Source: Polyangiaceae bacterium
Lineage (GTDB): Bacteria; Myxococcota_A; Polyangia; Polyangiales; Polyangiaceae
Reading direction: 5' to 3'
Length of the DNA stretch: 64,000 bases
Assembly: GCA_044376115.1 (NCBI GenBank)
Contig: JBILLK010000003.1
Coordinates: 352,001-416,000 of the forward strand
The notes under the pieces were generated by a model. That model saw only the letters and a program-made list of their open reading frames with translations. It did no database searches and was not told the DNA's origin. Shown here one piece after another: positions 28,682 through 37,816 of this stretch (position 1 is its first letter; each line of letters opens with the position of its first letter). The translations under genes were made by a program, and so were the position numbers.

Positions 28682-30264
28682 TGGAACCGAGTGCACGCCG
28701 CTTGTGGCTAATGCCGATGGGGCTCTTGGCCTTCGTCGCGGCTGCGGTCTTTGCCTCGCTCTACATCGTCGACGTGCTCGTTACAGGCGGTCCTTCCGGC
28801 AGCGGGTCGGGCGGAATTTGGGGCTACTTCCTCTTCGATCAGGACCACATCACTGACGCCGTTTCAGGCCTCGGGGCGATGGTCGCTGCGGTGCTCGGCA
28901 TCGTCATCACCGTGGTGTCGATCGTCGTGCAGCTCTCCGCCGAGCGCTACACCGGCGTCACGGCCATGTTCCTGCGCGACAAAACCAACATTCGCGTGAT
29001 GGCCTACTACGTCATCACCTGCGTATGCGGCGTGTGGGTCAGCTTGTCCGTGCGCGCTGAATTCGTGCCGCGCGCCACGCTGATCTTCATGCTGATGCTG
29101 ACCATCATCGGCTTGACCATGATGGCGCCTTACTTCGGCTACGTCTTTCGTTTCCTGGAACCCGCCAACATCGTGCGCCGCATTCAGTCGGAAGCAACGC
29201 GTACCGCCGTGCTCGGTGCGCAGGTGGACAAGAGCAAGTGCGCCGAAGCGCAGGCGCTCGCTCTGTCCGCTATGGAGGAGCTCTCGGACATCACCTCCAA
29301 TTCGATCTCGGGCAAAGACAAGATCATCGCCTCTCGCGCCGTGGACGCCCTCAAAGACATGGCCATCCGCTACATCGAGACCAAGGGCGCTGCGCGCAAG
29401 GAGTGGTTTGAGATCGGCGAATCGATCTGTGACAACCCGGACTTCGTCGCGATGGACCCCGAGAGCTTGAAGGACCTAGCGACCCGTCGCACCTGGTTCG
29501 AGTGGAAGATCATGCGGCAGTACCTGGGCATCTACAACGAGGCCCTCACGCAGATGCGGGAGATCAACTACCTGGTGGCGATCGACACACGCTACATCGG
29601 CGAGAAGGCCGCCGAGGCGAAAGACGAGCATCTGCTCGAGCTCGTGTTTCGCTTCATGAACAGCTACCTGCGCGCGACGCTGAACGCCAAAGACGTGCGC
29701 ACGGCCTACAACGTACTCAATCAGTACCGCATCCTGGCCGAGACCTTGCTCAGCAAAGGCCACGCGGAGCACGCCATAACGGCTGCTGGCTACATGAAGT
29801 ACTACGCCCTCGTCAGCTACGAGATGAAGCTCTCCTTCGTGACCGAGACGGTCGCTTACGACGTGGGCGCGCTCTGTCAGCTGGCGCACGACCTCAAGTC
29901 CCCGGCGGAGCAAAAAATCTTGTCGCTCTTCCTCGAGATCGATCGGCCGGGGCTCGAGCACGCACACGAGCTCGCGCTCAAAGGGGTGCGTAAAGCGCAG
30001 GTCAAGCTCGCGAGCTATTACGTGTGGGTCGGCGCGGATGCGCTCGCCACCATCATCTACGACGACATGGCCAGTGAAGTGCCGGAGCGGTTGCGCGCGA
30101 TTCGGGATGAGCTAGCTCGCGTAGAGTCCAAAGATTTCTGGGAGATTATCGACCGTGGCCGCAACTTCGAGTTCATGCCCGCGGCGCAGCGGGAGGCGAT
30201 GTTGCGCTTCTTTGACCGCTTTGCCAGCTTGCAAGAAGACGTGAAGGTTTCGGCGTCGGCCTAG
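28681..30264 (+). CDS. DUF2254-like membrane protein
   Basis: Four or five N-terminal TM helices with VVQLSAERYT...FLRD motif, followed by a large helical cytoplasmic domain. Confidence 0.75.
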   Translation: MEPSARRLWLMPMGLLAFVAAAVFASLYIVDVLVTGGPSGSGSGGIWGYFLFDQDHITDAVSGLGAMVAAVLGIVITVVSIVVQLSAERYTGVTAMFLRDKTNIRVMAYYVITCVCGVWVSLSVRAEFVPRATLIFMLMLTIIGLTMMAPYFGYVFRFLEPANIVRRIQSEATRTAVLGAQVDKSKCAEAQALALSAMEELSDITSNSISGKDKIIASRAVDALKDMAIRYIETKGAARKEWFEIGESICDNPDFVAMDPESLKDLATRRTWFEWKIMRQYLGIYNEALTQMREINYLVAIDTRYIGEKAAEAKDEHLLELVFRFMNSYLRATLNAKDVRTAYNVLNQYRILAETLLSKGHAEHAITAAGYMKYYALVSYEMKLSFVTETVAYDVGALCQLAHDLKSPAEQKILSLFLEIDRPGLEHAHELALKGVRKAQVKLASYYVWVGADALATIIYDDMASEVPERLRAIRDELARVESKDFWEIIDRGRNFEFMPAAQREAMLRFFDRFASLQEDVKVSASA

Positions 30265-30282
30265 CTGGGCTAGGTCTCCCGC

Positions 30283-31437
30283 ATGAACCGTTCATGGCTT
30301 GCCGCGTTCGTTCTGGCGCTCTCGGGGTGTGAAGCCGAGCCCGAGCAAGATAGCTCCTTCGCCACCGAGAAGAGCCCGTTCGCCGAGGGCTCGCGTGAAG
30401 CAAGAGCCGCGGTTGCGTTCTTGAACGACGCTGCAACTGACGCGGCGAGGCTCAAGTCCGCGGGGCTTTCCTCGACCTCCACCGCCAACGCGGTGCTTTC
30501 GCGTCGCAACGGTCCGGACGGCCAGTTGGGAACGAGCGATGACCGTCCGTTCGTCACGCTGGGCGAGTTCGATGCGATCAAGGGCATTGGGCCGGCCACT
30601 ATCAGCAAAGTGGCTGCCTACGCCCGTGCGCGTTCCTTCGGCAATGAGCGTGGGCGCTTCCATCAGGTCTACTTCACTGAGCAACAAGCCGATCTCGTGC
30701 TCGATCTCGCGAACACGGCGAGTGTGGCGCTGCTCGACAGTGAAACCAGCGTCGATTCGCGTGCGCTCAAGAACATCGAGGCCGCGCGCCCCATCCTTTC
30801 GATGGCGGAGCTGTCTTCGCTCTCGCGGGTGAAGGGCACGGCGCTTCGTCTGCTGCGTGACCACGCCGAAAAGAAGCTGGGCCCCATCGTTTGCACCCAT
30901 GAAGAGCCTTGCGCGAGCGGCCTGTTCTGCACCGATTCCGACAACACCGGCCACTGCGTCGACACCAGCGTCGATGGTTCGGGTGTGCCGTGTTCAGCGG
31001 AAGGCGTGTGCGGGCCCGAGCTGGTATGCGCTGGCCGCGCAGCGGACTTCACTGGCATCTGCAACCCTGCGTGGATGCACGCTGAGTTCGTCAATGAAGG
31101 CACCGGATCCATTCCGGACGGCCCCGACGGGGGTGTGGGCGTCAGCGTTCAGGCGCTGGGCATTGGCACCGTGCCTACCGACGCTGTGGTGCGGGTCCTC
31201 ATCGACCATCCGCGCCCTGACGATCTCGAGCTGACCTTGGAGAACTCCCAGGGCACCGTCGTTCCTGTGTGGTCCCCGGGAATGGGCGAGCTGCCGAACC
31301 TCGACGGCATCAAGGTGGGCGTCCCCGGCGATGAAGTGGCGAACGGAATGTGGACGTTGACCGTCTTCGACACGGTGGCTGGCGAGCAAGGGACGATCGA
31401 GCTCTTCACGCTGGAACTGACTTCGCGCTTCGACTGA
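30283..31437 (+). CDS. Lipoprotein with helix-hairpin-helix motifs, Cys-rich module and proprotein-convertase P-domain
   Basis: Lipobox LSGC; DAIKGIGPAT and LSRVKGTA HhH-like motifs; IDHPRPDDLELTL...NGMWTLTVFD P-domain. Confidence 0.8.
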   Translation: MNRSWLAAFVLALSGCEAEPEQDSSFATEKSPFAEGSREARAAVAFLNDAATDAARLKSAGLSSTSTANAVLSRRNGPDGQLGTSDDRPFVTLGEFDAIKGIGPATISKVAAYARARSFGNERGRFHQVYFTEQQADLVLDLANTASVALLDSETSVDSRALKNIEAARPILSMAELSSLSRVKGTALRLLRDHAEKKLGPIVCTHEEPCASGLFCTDSDNTGHCVDTSVDGSGVPCSAEGVCGPELVCAGRAADFTGICNPAWMHAEFVNEGTGSIPDGPDGGVGVSVQALGIGTVPTDAVVRVLIDHPRPDDLELTLENSQGTVVPVWSPGMGELPNLDGIKVGVPGDEVANGMWTLTVFDTVAGEQGTIELFTLELTSRFD

Positions 31438-31473
31438 AGGTCGCTCTCGCGCAAATTGGAGCGTTGTGCTGCA

Positions 31474-31905
31474 ATGAGACAGCGCATGGTGGGGAACTCA
31501 AGGGAAGAGGAGGCGGACTGCAGCGTCGAAGCGTCGTTCGCGTCGGCGTCTCACGTGGAGGACGTTTCCGAAGCTCTGGCTGAAGAAATCGAGACCTGCC
31601 TCGAGGACGGTCGGCTATCCGAGTCGCAGGAGGTCGCCGTCGCCGAGGAGCTGATACGCGAGCTGCGACTGCTCGGCTCGATGGTGGCGATGAACCCAGC
31701 GGATTTGGGTCGAGCGAGCGCGCTCGGCCAACTGCTCGACCGCGCGAATGACCTCGTGTGTCAGGCTCCACGGCCTACACCACCCGCTGGCGTCGACATG
31801 TTGCCGTCCCTGCTCGACTTCGACGGCTCTGATGAACACACAGCCGTCAAGCGTCCGAGTTGGGAGTGGTCGCGCAACACCAACCGTGTGCTCACCCGAA
31901 AATAG
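31474..31905 (+). CDS. Hypothetical acidic protein
   Basis: Fills the gap between two genes; plausible composition; start uncertain. Confidence 0.5.
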   Translation: MRQRMVGNSREEEADCSVEASFASASHVEDVSEALAEEIETCLEDGRLSESQEVAVAEELIRELRLLGSMVAMNPADLGRASALGQLLDRANDLVCQAPRPTPPAGVDMLPSLLDFDGSDEHTAVKRPSWEWSRNTNRVLTRK

Positions 31906-31927
31906 GTCGGCGCTTAGCCGCGCTGGC

Positions 31928-33040
31928 TCAGTCTTTCGGTGCGACCTTCATCACGGTCAGCAGGAAAGCGTTGAGCGCCTTGGTTGCCTCGGGCCGCTTC
32001 ATGCCGGAGAGGATGGCTTGTTGCAGCGCCAGGCCTCCAGCTTTGCTGGAGAGCAACTCGGTCAGCGCGCTCTTCATGCGGGCTTGGAACTTGGGGTGCT
32101 TCAAGATTTTGTCGACGTTCTGTGCGATCGCCTGGACGTTCTTCGCGTCCCCGAGCAGCGCGGCGAACGTCTCTACGATGGCCGACTTGACCTCCGGCTC
32201 CCGTAGCGCCTCGGAAGCGGCGGCGGCCAAGATGGTCTTTGTGCGAGGGCTCTGCAGCGCTTGTGAGAACACTCGCTTTAGGTCCGGCGCGTCGGCGAGC
32301 CCCTCGACCGCAGCAACGGCGAAGTCAGCTGCTGCCGATTTGACCGCTGGGTCGGCTTTGGCCGCTGTCTTCCACGCGTTGATGTAGGCGTCGGATTTGC
32401 CGCTGCTCTCGGCCTTCTCGAGGCTCTGCGCGAGGTCCTCCTCGGCTTTGGCCAGGTCGCGGTCGGCCATCGCTGACTGCACCATGCCGGAGACGTCGGC
32501 GTCGGCGAAGATGGTTGCGAACTTGGAGTCCACCTCGGGGGCGTCCATCAATGAGGCCACGCCTGCGTCGATCGCTTTGTTCACCGCTTCCGCGCTCATC
32601 GCCGCTTCCACGTGCTTTTCGACGCGCTCGGAAACCTCAGCTTCGCCCTTGGCGCCGGCCGCGATCTTTTGCAATGCCGCCATGACGCTCGGCTTCTTGA
32701 GCGCAGCCGCCAAGATCTCGTCCATGTGCGGCTTGACCGCTGGGTCTGCGAGCAGCTGCTCGATCATCGTGCCCATGGCCTTGGACACCTCGGGATCGGC
32801 GAAGACCTTCTGGAAGACCTCGTCTTGCTTCTTGACGGCCCGCGGATCGGAAAAGCCAGCCTCCACGAGCTCGGAGCCGAGGGCCTCGATCCGCTTCGAA
32901 GTCTGCTCGTTGGCTGCGGCCTTCGCCTTGGCGGCTGCCGAGCTCTCGGCTTTGGCCGAGGTCGTGCCGTCTGGCTTGGTTGCGGGCTCACTGCAGCCCA
33001 ATCCGAACCAAAGAACCCAGGGAAGAACTCGCAGCCGCAT
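31928..33040 (-). CDS. All-helical Ala/Lys-rich lipoprotein with DPxV repeats
   Basis: Lipobox GLGC; recurrent ADPEV/ADPAV/DAPEV/REPEV motifs. Confidence 0.75.
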   Translation of the reverse strand: MRLRVLPWVLWFGLGCSEPATKPDGTTSAKAESSAAAKAKAAANEQTSKRIEALGSELVEAGFSDPRAVKKQDEVFQKVFADPEVSKAMGTMIEQLLADPAVKPHMDEILAAALKKPSVMAALQKIAAGAKGEAEVSERVEKHVEAAMSAEAVNKAIDAGVASLMDAPEVDSKFATIFADADVSGMVQSAMADRDLAKAEEDLAQSLEKAESSGKSDAYINAWKTAAKADPAVKSAAADFAVAAVEGLADAPDLKRVFSQALQSPRTKTILAAAASEALREPEVKSAIVETFAALLGDAKNVQAIAQNVDKILKHPKFQARMKSALTELLSSKAGGLALQQAILSGMKRPEATKALNAFLLTVMKVAPKD

Positions 33041-33074
33041 GGCGACGCTTCCTAGCACAACCTCATTGTGGCGA

Positions 33075-34190
33075 TCACGGTGCGCCAGTGCGTTTGCGCG
33101 CCCAATCCACGGCCTGCCGCGGACGCAGGATGCCCGCTCCCTGAACCGCACGGTCGATGCCCTCAATCGGTTCAGCGGTTGCGCACAACCCCTCTTTGAT
33201 TTGCGCTGGCGTAAGATGCGGAGCGACCTCGAGCATTTGCGCTGCGACGCTGGCTGCGATGGGGGCAGCGAAGGAGGTCCCGTCCACGTGTTGGTACTCG
33301 GGCGAGATGTACTTCTGCTTGCGGATGCGGGTCTCGACCACGCGCATCAGCTCGGCGATCGATTCGCGTTCGGTCGGGGTCGACAGCGTATTGCGCTCGC
33401 TGAAGCCGTGCTCGGCGGAGAGCTCTTCGAGCACCGAGAGCAGCTGAAAGAGCGGCGCAGCTTCGCGCATGGTCAACGTGCCGGGGAGCATCGGCGCCGG
33501 TACCCAGATCGCCGGAGCGAGAAGATCCGGCTTTTGAACGCCTGCGCGATGGGAACCGTGGCTCGATGGCCAGACCTTTTCGAGTTCACCGTCGCTGTCC
33601 GGGGAGAAGCGGTCGTGTTGACCGCCCACGGTGATGGCTTGGGGTACCGAGCCTGGCGCTCCAACTTTGCGTCCCGGCGTATTGCCGGCGGCTGCGAACA
33701 CCGTCACGCCCGCCGCGACGATCTCCTCCACTGCACGCTCCACCTCTTCGTAGTGCGGGTCATCCTGATTGACCCCCAGCGAGATGTTGAGCACGCGGAT
33801 GTTGAGCTGCGGGTGTCGCAGCGGAAAGCGGATGGCGTGGGCAACGTGTTCGCCGATCACGCGGCCGTTGCCGATCCCGGCCTTGATCAGCACCACTTCG
33901 GCGTCGCTGGCGATGCCGCGGTAACTACCGCCCGAGCGGTAGCCGTTGCCAGCCGCTGCACAGGCCGTCATCGTCCCGTGCCAGCCGTAGGGCTGCGGTG
34001 AGAAGAACTCGTTCCCGTCCGGCACGTCGCGGGTCGCGTCGCCATACGCTCGAATGCGTCGTGCAGGTCGCATCAGGTCGGGGTGCGGGTAGAAGCCGAT
34101 GTCGACGAAGGCCATGACTACACCTTGGCCGGTGATGTCGGCGTAGGCGTCGAGGCGTTCGGGAATCGAGAGAAGTTGAATGCGACCCAT
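33075..34190 (-). CDS. S8 subtilisin-like serine protease (AprX-like, no signal peptide)
   Basis: FVDIG, HGTMTA, AAAGN, KPDLLAP, DGTSFAAP. Confidence 0.92.
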   Translation of the reverse strand: MGRIQLLSIPERLDAYADITGQGVVMAFVDIGFYPHPDLMRPARRIRAYGDATRDVPDGNEFFSPQPYGWHGTMTACAAAGNGYRSGGSYRGIASDAEVVLIKAGIGNGRVIGEHVAHAIRFPLRHPQLNIRVLNISLGVNQDDPHYEEVERAVEEIVAAGVTVFAAAGNTPGRKVGAPGSVPQAITVGGQHDRFSPDSDGELEKVWPSSHGSHRAGVQKPDLLAPAIWVPAPMLPGTLTMREAAPLFQLLSVLEELSAEHGFSERNTLSTPTERESIAELMRVVETRIRKQKYISPEYQHVDGTSFAAPIAASVAAQMLEVAPHLTPAQIKEGLCATAEPIEGIDRAVQGAGILRPRQAVDWARKRTGAP

Positions 34191-34216
34191 GGTTCGTGAC
34201 CTTGTTTTCCGCCGGC

Positions 34217-35113
34217 TCAGCCCAGCGTGTTGGAGAGAAAACGTGAGAGTTCAGCTGCTACGCGTCCCGGCATTTCGATCTGAGGAGAGTGAGCGGCGGG
34301 CAACACGCAGAGCTCCGCCGAAGGCAGCAACCCTTTGGCTTTCATCGCGATCGGCAGCGGGAAGGCTTCATCGCGTTCACCCCAGAGCAGCAGCGTCTTT
34401 GCGCTGACGCTTTGCAGGGCGTGCTCACGCGAGACGCAATCTCCACGCAACGGGACCAGCTTGTCGAACGCTCCTTTGGCTCGTGCACCGCCTTTGGCCA
34501 GCGCGAGTTCACGACGCACAGCGAGCAGCTCTGCGCTGAGCCCATCCGTTGCAGCCGCACTCGCACCAAACAGCTCTTTGAGCCGCGCGAGCCGCTCCGG
34601 ACCCGCCTGCAAATAAAGCCGCGCTTGCAGCGAGATGTACGGTGAGAGTCCCATCGCCCCGATCAGCACCAACGCCTTGAGTACCGCGGGACGGCGCAGC
34701 GCGTGCTCCAGCGCGATCAACCCACCCAGCGAATGCCCGACCACGGCGACCGCTGCGAGCTCGTCCGCGAGCTCCGCGATCGGCGCCGCAAATGCGGACA
34801 ACGCGTCCGCTTGGCTCGGCGTCTTCGGAGGACGCCACGCCGAGTGACCGAAGCCGGGCACGTCCACTGCAACGAAGTGAAACTTTTCCTCGAGCTCTCG
34901 CATGATCGGAAGCCAGAGGCTCGCTGCGTGCCCGCGCCCGTGCACCAAAAGCACGGTGGGCTTCCTTTCGTCGGCCTTGGTCTCCAAGCTGCGCAGCGAA
35001 ATAGTCCCAACGATTCTGCGCCGGATCTGCACCACGTCAGCGAAGCGCGCGAGCCACGCAGCCTCGATTGGTCCCGGATTGGAGACCACGGTGACAATGG
35101 GGGCGCGAGTCAT
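34217..35113 (-). CDS. Alpha/beta hydrolase
   Basis: LLVHGRG, DVPGFGHS, GHSLGG, WGERD, AHSPQIE. Confidence 0.88.
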   Translation of the reverse strand: MTRAPIVTVVSNPGPIEAAWLARFADVVQIRRRIVGTISLRSLETKADERKPTVLLVHGRGHAASLWLPIMRELEEKFHFVAVDVPGFGHSAWRPPKTPSQADALSAFAAPIAELADELAAVAVVGHSLGGLIALEHALRRPAVLKALVLIGAMGLSPYISLQARLYLQAGPERLARLKELFGASAAATDGLSAELLAVRRELALAKGGARAKGAFDKLVPLRGDCVSREHALQSVSAKTLLLWGERDEAFPLPIAMKAKGLLPSAELCVLPAAHSPQIEMPGRVAAELSRFLSNTLG

Positions 35114-35234
35114 GCGAGCTGGGCACGTAAGCGCAAGCACGGCTCGTGGCAAGCGTCTTGCCACTGAACATTGGGGGCCCGGTCTTAAAGCGCTGCTCCG
35201 TGCGCCGCGCGACCGTGATATGGTCGCAACGCTC

Positions 35235-36353
35235 ATGGGTACAATCGCCCCGCGTCAGGGCCTCGAGGATGCACTGAAGTCAATTGCGGGGTCACCCGTG
35301 GTCGTTCTGATCACAGGTCACCCCGATCCGGATGCCCTCGGGAGCGCGCTCGCTCACCAACGGATCTGTCAGGAGCTGGGTGTTCCTTGCACCATCGCCA
35401 ACGTGCAGCCGGTGTCTCACCGGCAGAACCGCGCGATGGTGAAGTTGCTCAACATCGACATGCTGCAGGTGCAGTCTGCAGATGACCTCGCTCCGTTCAA
35501 ATACCTGTCGCTGGTAGACACGTCGACAGCCGAGTCGACGATCGATCTGCCGGCCGACTTGAAGTTGTTCTCGGTGGTGGATCATCACAAGGCTGCCGAG
35601 GTGGACTGCGCCTTCGTGGACATTCGTCCGCACATGGGCGCAAGCTCGTCGATCTACGCTGAGTACATGGCGCACGGCCTCGCTCCGCTCGAGAGCATCA
35701 TGGGCGCATCGCGCGTCGCAACGGCGCTGCTCTTCGGCATCCAAACCGACACCAACGACTTCCAGCTCGCGACCGCTGCGGACTTCGCAGCCGCGGCCTA
35801 CGTGCGTCGCTTCACCGACTCGGACGTGCTCAAGCGCGTGAGCCGTCGCGTCTACTCGGCCTCGGGCATGACGGTGCTCGGGCGTGCGCTCGAGAACATG
35901 GTCGTCGTTCGTGACTTCGCCGTCGCTGGCGTGGGCTACGTCACGCTCGGAGATCGTGACGCCATCGCGACCACGTCGGACTTCATCCTGCAGCGTGAAG
36001 ATCTCGATACGGTGCTCGTGTTTGGCATCGTCGAGGATCGCATCGACGGCTCGCTGCGCACCGACAGCCCCAGCGTCGAGCCGGCCACCTTCCTCACCAC
36101 CGTCTTCGGCAAAGACCGCTCGGGCAAGCCGTATGGCGGCGGTCGCGCTGACAAAGGCGGCTTCCAGATCCCGCTCGGCGTGCTCGCCGAGAGTGAAGAC
36201 CGTGAGGCGCTGTGGAACATCGTCGATCAGATCGTTCGCTCGCGTTTGGCCAAGGTCGTTCCGGAGATTGAGCGCGAGTATGAGCGCCAGCACCCCGACA
36301 CCAACGGTCACCACCACGAAGAGACGAGCAGCCGCTTTTCGCGCGAGTTCTGA
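35235..36353 (+). CDS. DHH-family phosphoesterase (NrnA-like)
   Basis: HPDPDALGS, VDHH, GIQTDT, GGGRADKGG. Confidence 0.9.
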   Translation: MGTIAPRQGLEDALKSIAGSPVVVLITGHPDPDALGSALAHQRICQELGVPCTIANVQPVSHRQNRAMVKLLNIDMLQVQSADDLAPFKYLSLVDTSTAESTIDLPADLKLFSVVDHHKAAEVDCAFVDIRPHMGASSSIYAEYMAHGLAPLESIMGASRVATALLFGIQTDTNDFQLATAADFAAAAYVRRFTDSDVLKRVSRRVYSASGMTVLGRALENMVVVRDFAVAGVGYVTLGDRDAIATTSDFILQREDLDTVLVFGIVEDRIDGSLRTDSPSVEPATFLTTVFGKDRSGKPYGGGRADKGGFQIPLGVLAESEDREALWNIVDQIVRSRLAKVVPEIEREYERQHPDTNGHHHEETSSRFSREF

Positions 36354-36377
36354 CAGACCGCACGCCCACGAACGCTT

Positions 36378-36420
36378 CGGGCCGATCAGCAGTTCAAGCT
36401 GACCGGCCCGTTGCTTTGTT
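36378..36420 (+). terminator. Intrinsic terminator after the DHH gene
   Basis: CGGGCCGATCAGC/GCTGACCGGCCCG stem (one mismatch) followed by TTGCTTTGTT. Confidence 0.65.
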
Positions 36421-36451
36421 GCGCCCCAGAGCCCGAGCCCAGGGCTCGAGC

Positions 36452-37816
36452 TCAGACCTCGAGCTCGCTGATCGGTTCGTTGGTGAAGCCCTGCTCGTAG
36501 CCGAACTCGCTGATCGGCAGGCCACCACCGCGTAGGGCGGTGAGCAGCGCGCGCGAGGTGTTGCCACCACCGCCGTTGTAATGAACGTTACCGCGCAGTC
36601 GGCCACCGCCTTTGCCGCACAAGAGCATCGGCATGTTGTCCTGCGAGTGCGTCCAACCCTCGGTGTGTTCGGTCGTCACCAGGATTGAGCTGTTGTCGAG
36701 CAGGTTGGCAGCGCCTTCCTGGGTCGTACGCAGCTTCTCGAGGAAGTAGGCGAGCTGCGACATGGTGAACTTCACCGCGTCGCGCTGCTTCGAGTACGGC
36801 GCCGGCTCGGTGTGGTTCATGTAGTGCTGACCGTCGGTGGAGCCCACCATCCAAAAGACGGCGCCGCTGCCAGCCGTGGAGAACATGAGCGAGAACGTTC
36901 GCGTTAGGCCGCAGGCCAGCGCCAGCGCGATCAGATCGCTCATCGCGCGGTTCTTCTCCTCCATGAACTCGATGCCAGCCTCATCGGGATAGTCCCCGGG
37001 ATCTCCGGGCTTGGTGCACTCGGCGATCGGCGCCTTCAAACGCGCCTCGAGGTCGGAGATGCTCGAGAGATGTTGGTCCAGCCGCTGTCGATCTTTGGCG
37101 CCTAGCTTGGGCGAGAGCGAGGCGATCTGCCCGGAGACGGCGTTCAAGACGCTGGCCCGCGCCGAGAGCACCAGCGGCTCAGCGGTGCCTTGATTGAACA
37201 AGCGATCAAACAGCGCGTGCGGTGATTCCTCCGAAGGGTTGACGTTGGTTTCGCCGGCGAGGCTGCCGTTGTGTGAGAGGTATTGGAAGCTGGTGCCCTC
37301 ATCGGTACCGCGGAACTTGGTGACCGCGGCCTCCAGCGAGCGATAGGGCGTCGGGGAGACCGTCTGATAGTGCGCGGCGGCGATCTGATCGATCGACGGG
37401 TATTTGAAGGTCGATACGATGGTGTCGCGCACGTCGTCCACTTTGAGATGCGGGCCGCCACTGTTGACCGCCGACATCCCGGAGTGATGCGCGTGCCGCG
37501 GGGTCTTTACGTCGAGCCCGCTGATCACGCTGACGTAGTTGCGTAAAGGCAACAGCGACGCGAGGGCGAAGTCTGCCGGCACCTCCCAATTCGACCCCAC
37601 GTTGGTCGGCGTCCAGCTCGGAAGATGCACGCCGTTGCCGAAGAACCAAAGGCCAAAGCGCGTGGGCAGCGCCTCACCATCTGCGAAGGCTTCGCCGTGG
37701 TCGTTGAGCATAAAGTCGAACACCGGCAGGCCCACGGTGACGGTGGCCCCAGCCGCGAGCCCACGCAGAAAGAGGCGCCGCGAACGTTGACGTCGGTTCA
37801 TGCGCTGAATGCTCAT
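36452..37816 (-). CDS. DUF1552 (HXXSHH-type) Tat-signal protein
   Basis: SRRLFLRG Tat-like signal, SIDQIAA, DRQRLDQHLSSISDLE, LLDNS, H...NMPMLL.G. Confidence 0.88.
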   Translation of the reverse strand: MSIQRMNRRQRSRRLFLRGLAAGATVTVGLPVFDFMLNDHGEAFADGEALPTRFGLWFFGNGVHLPSWTPTNVGSNWEVPADFALASLLPLRNYVSVISGLDVKTPRHAHHSGMSAVNSGGPHLKVDDVRDTIVSTFKYPSIDQIAAAHYQTVSPTPYRSLEAAVTKFRGTDEGTSFQYLSHNGSLAGETNVNPSEESPHALFDRLFNQGTAEPLVLSARASVLNAVSGQIASLSPKLGAKDRQRLDQHLSSISDLEARLKAPIAECTKPGDPGDYPDEAGIEFMEEKNRAMSDLIALALACGLTRTFSLMFSTAGSGAVFWMVGSTDGQHYMNHTEPAPYSKQRDAVKFTMSQLAYFLEKLRTTQEGAANLLDNSSILVTTEHTEGWTHSQDNMPMLLCGKGGGRLRGNVHYNGGGGNTSRALLTALRGGGLPISEFGYEQGFTNEPISELEV

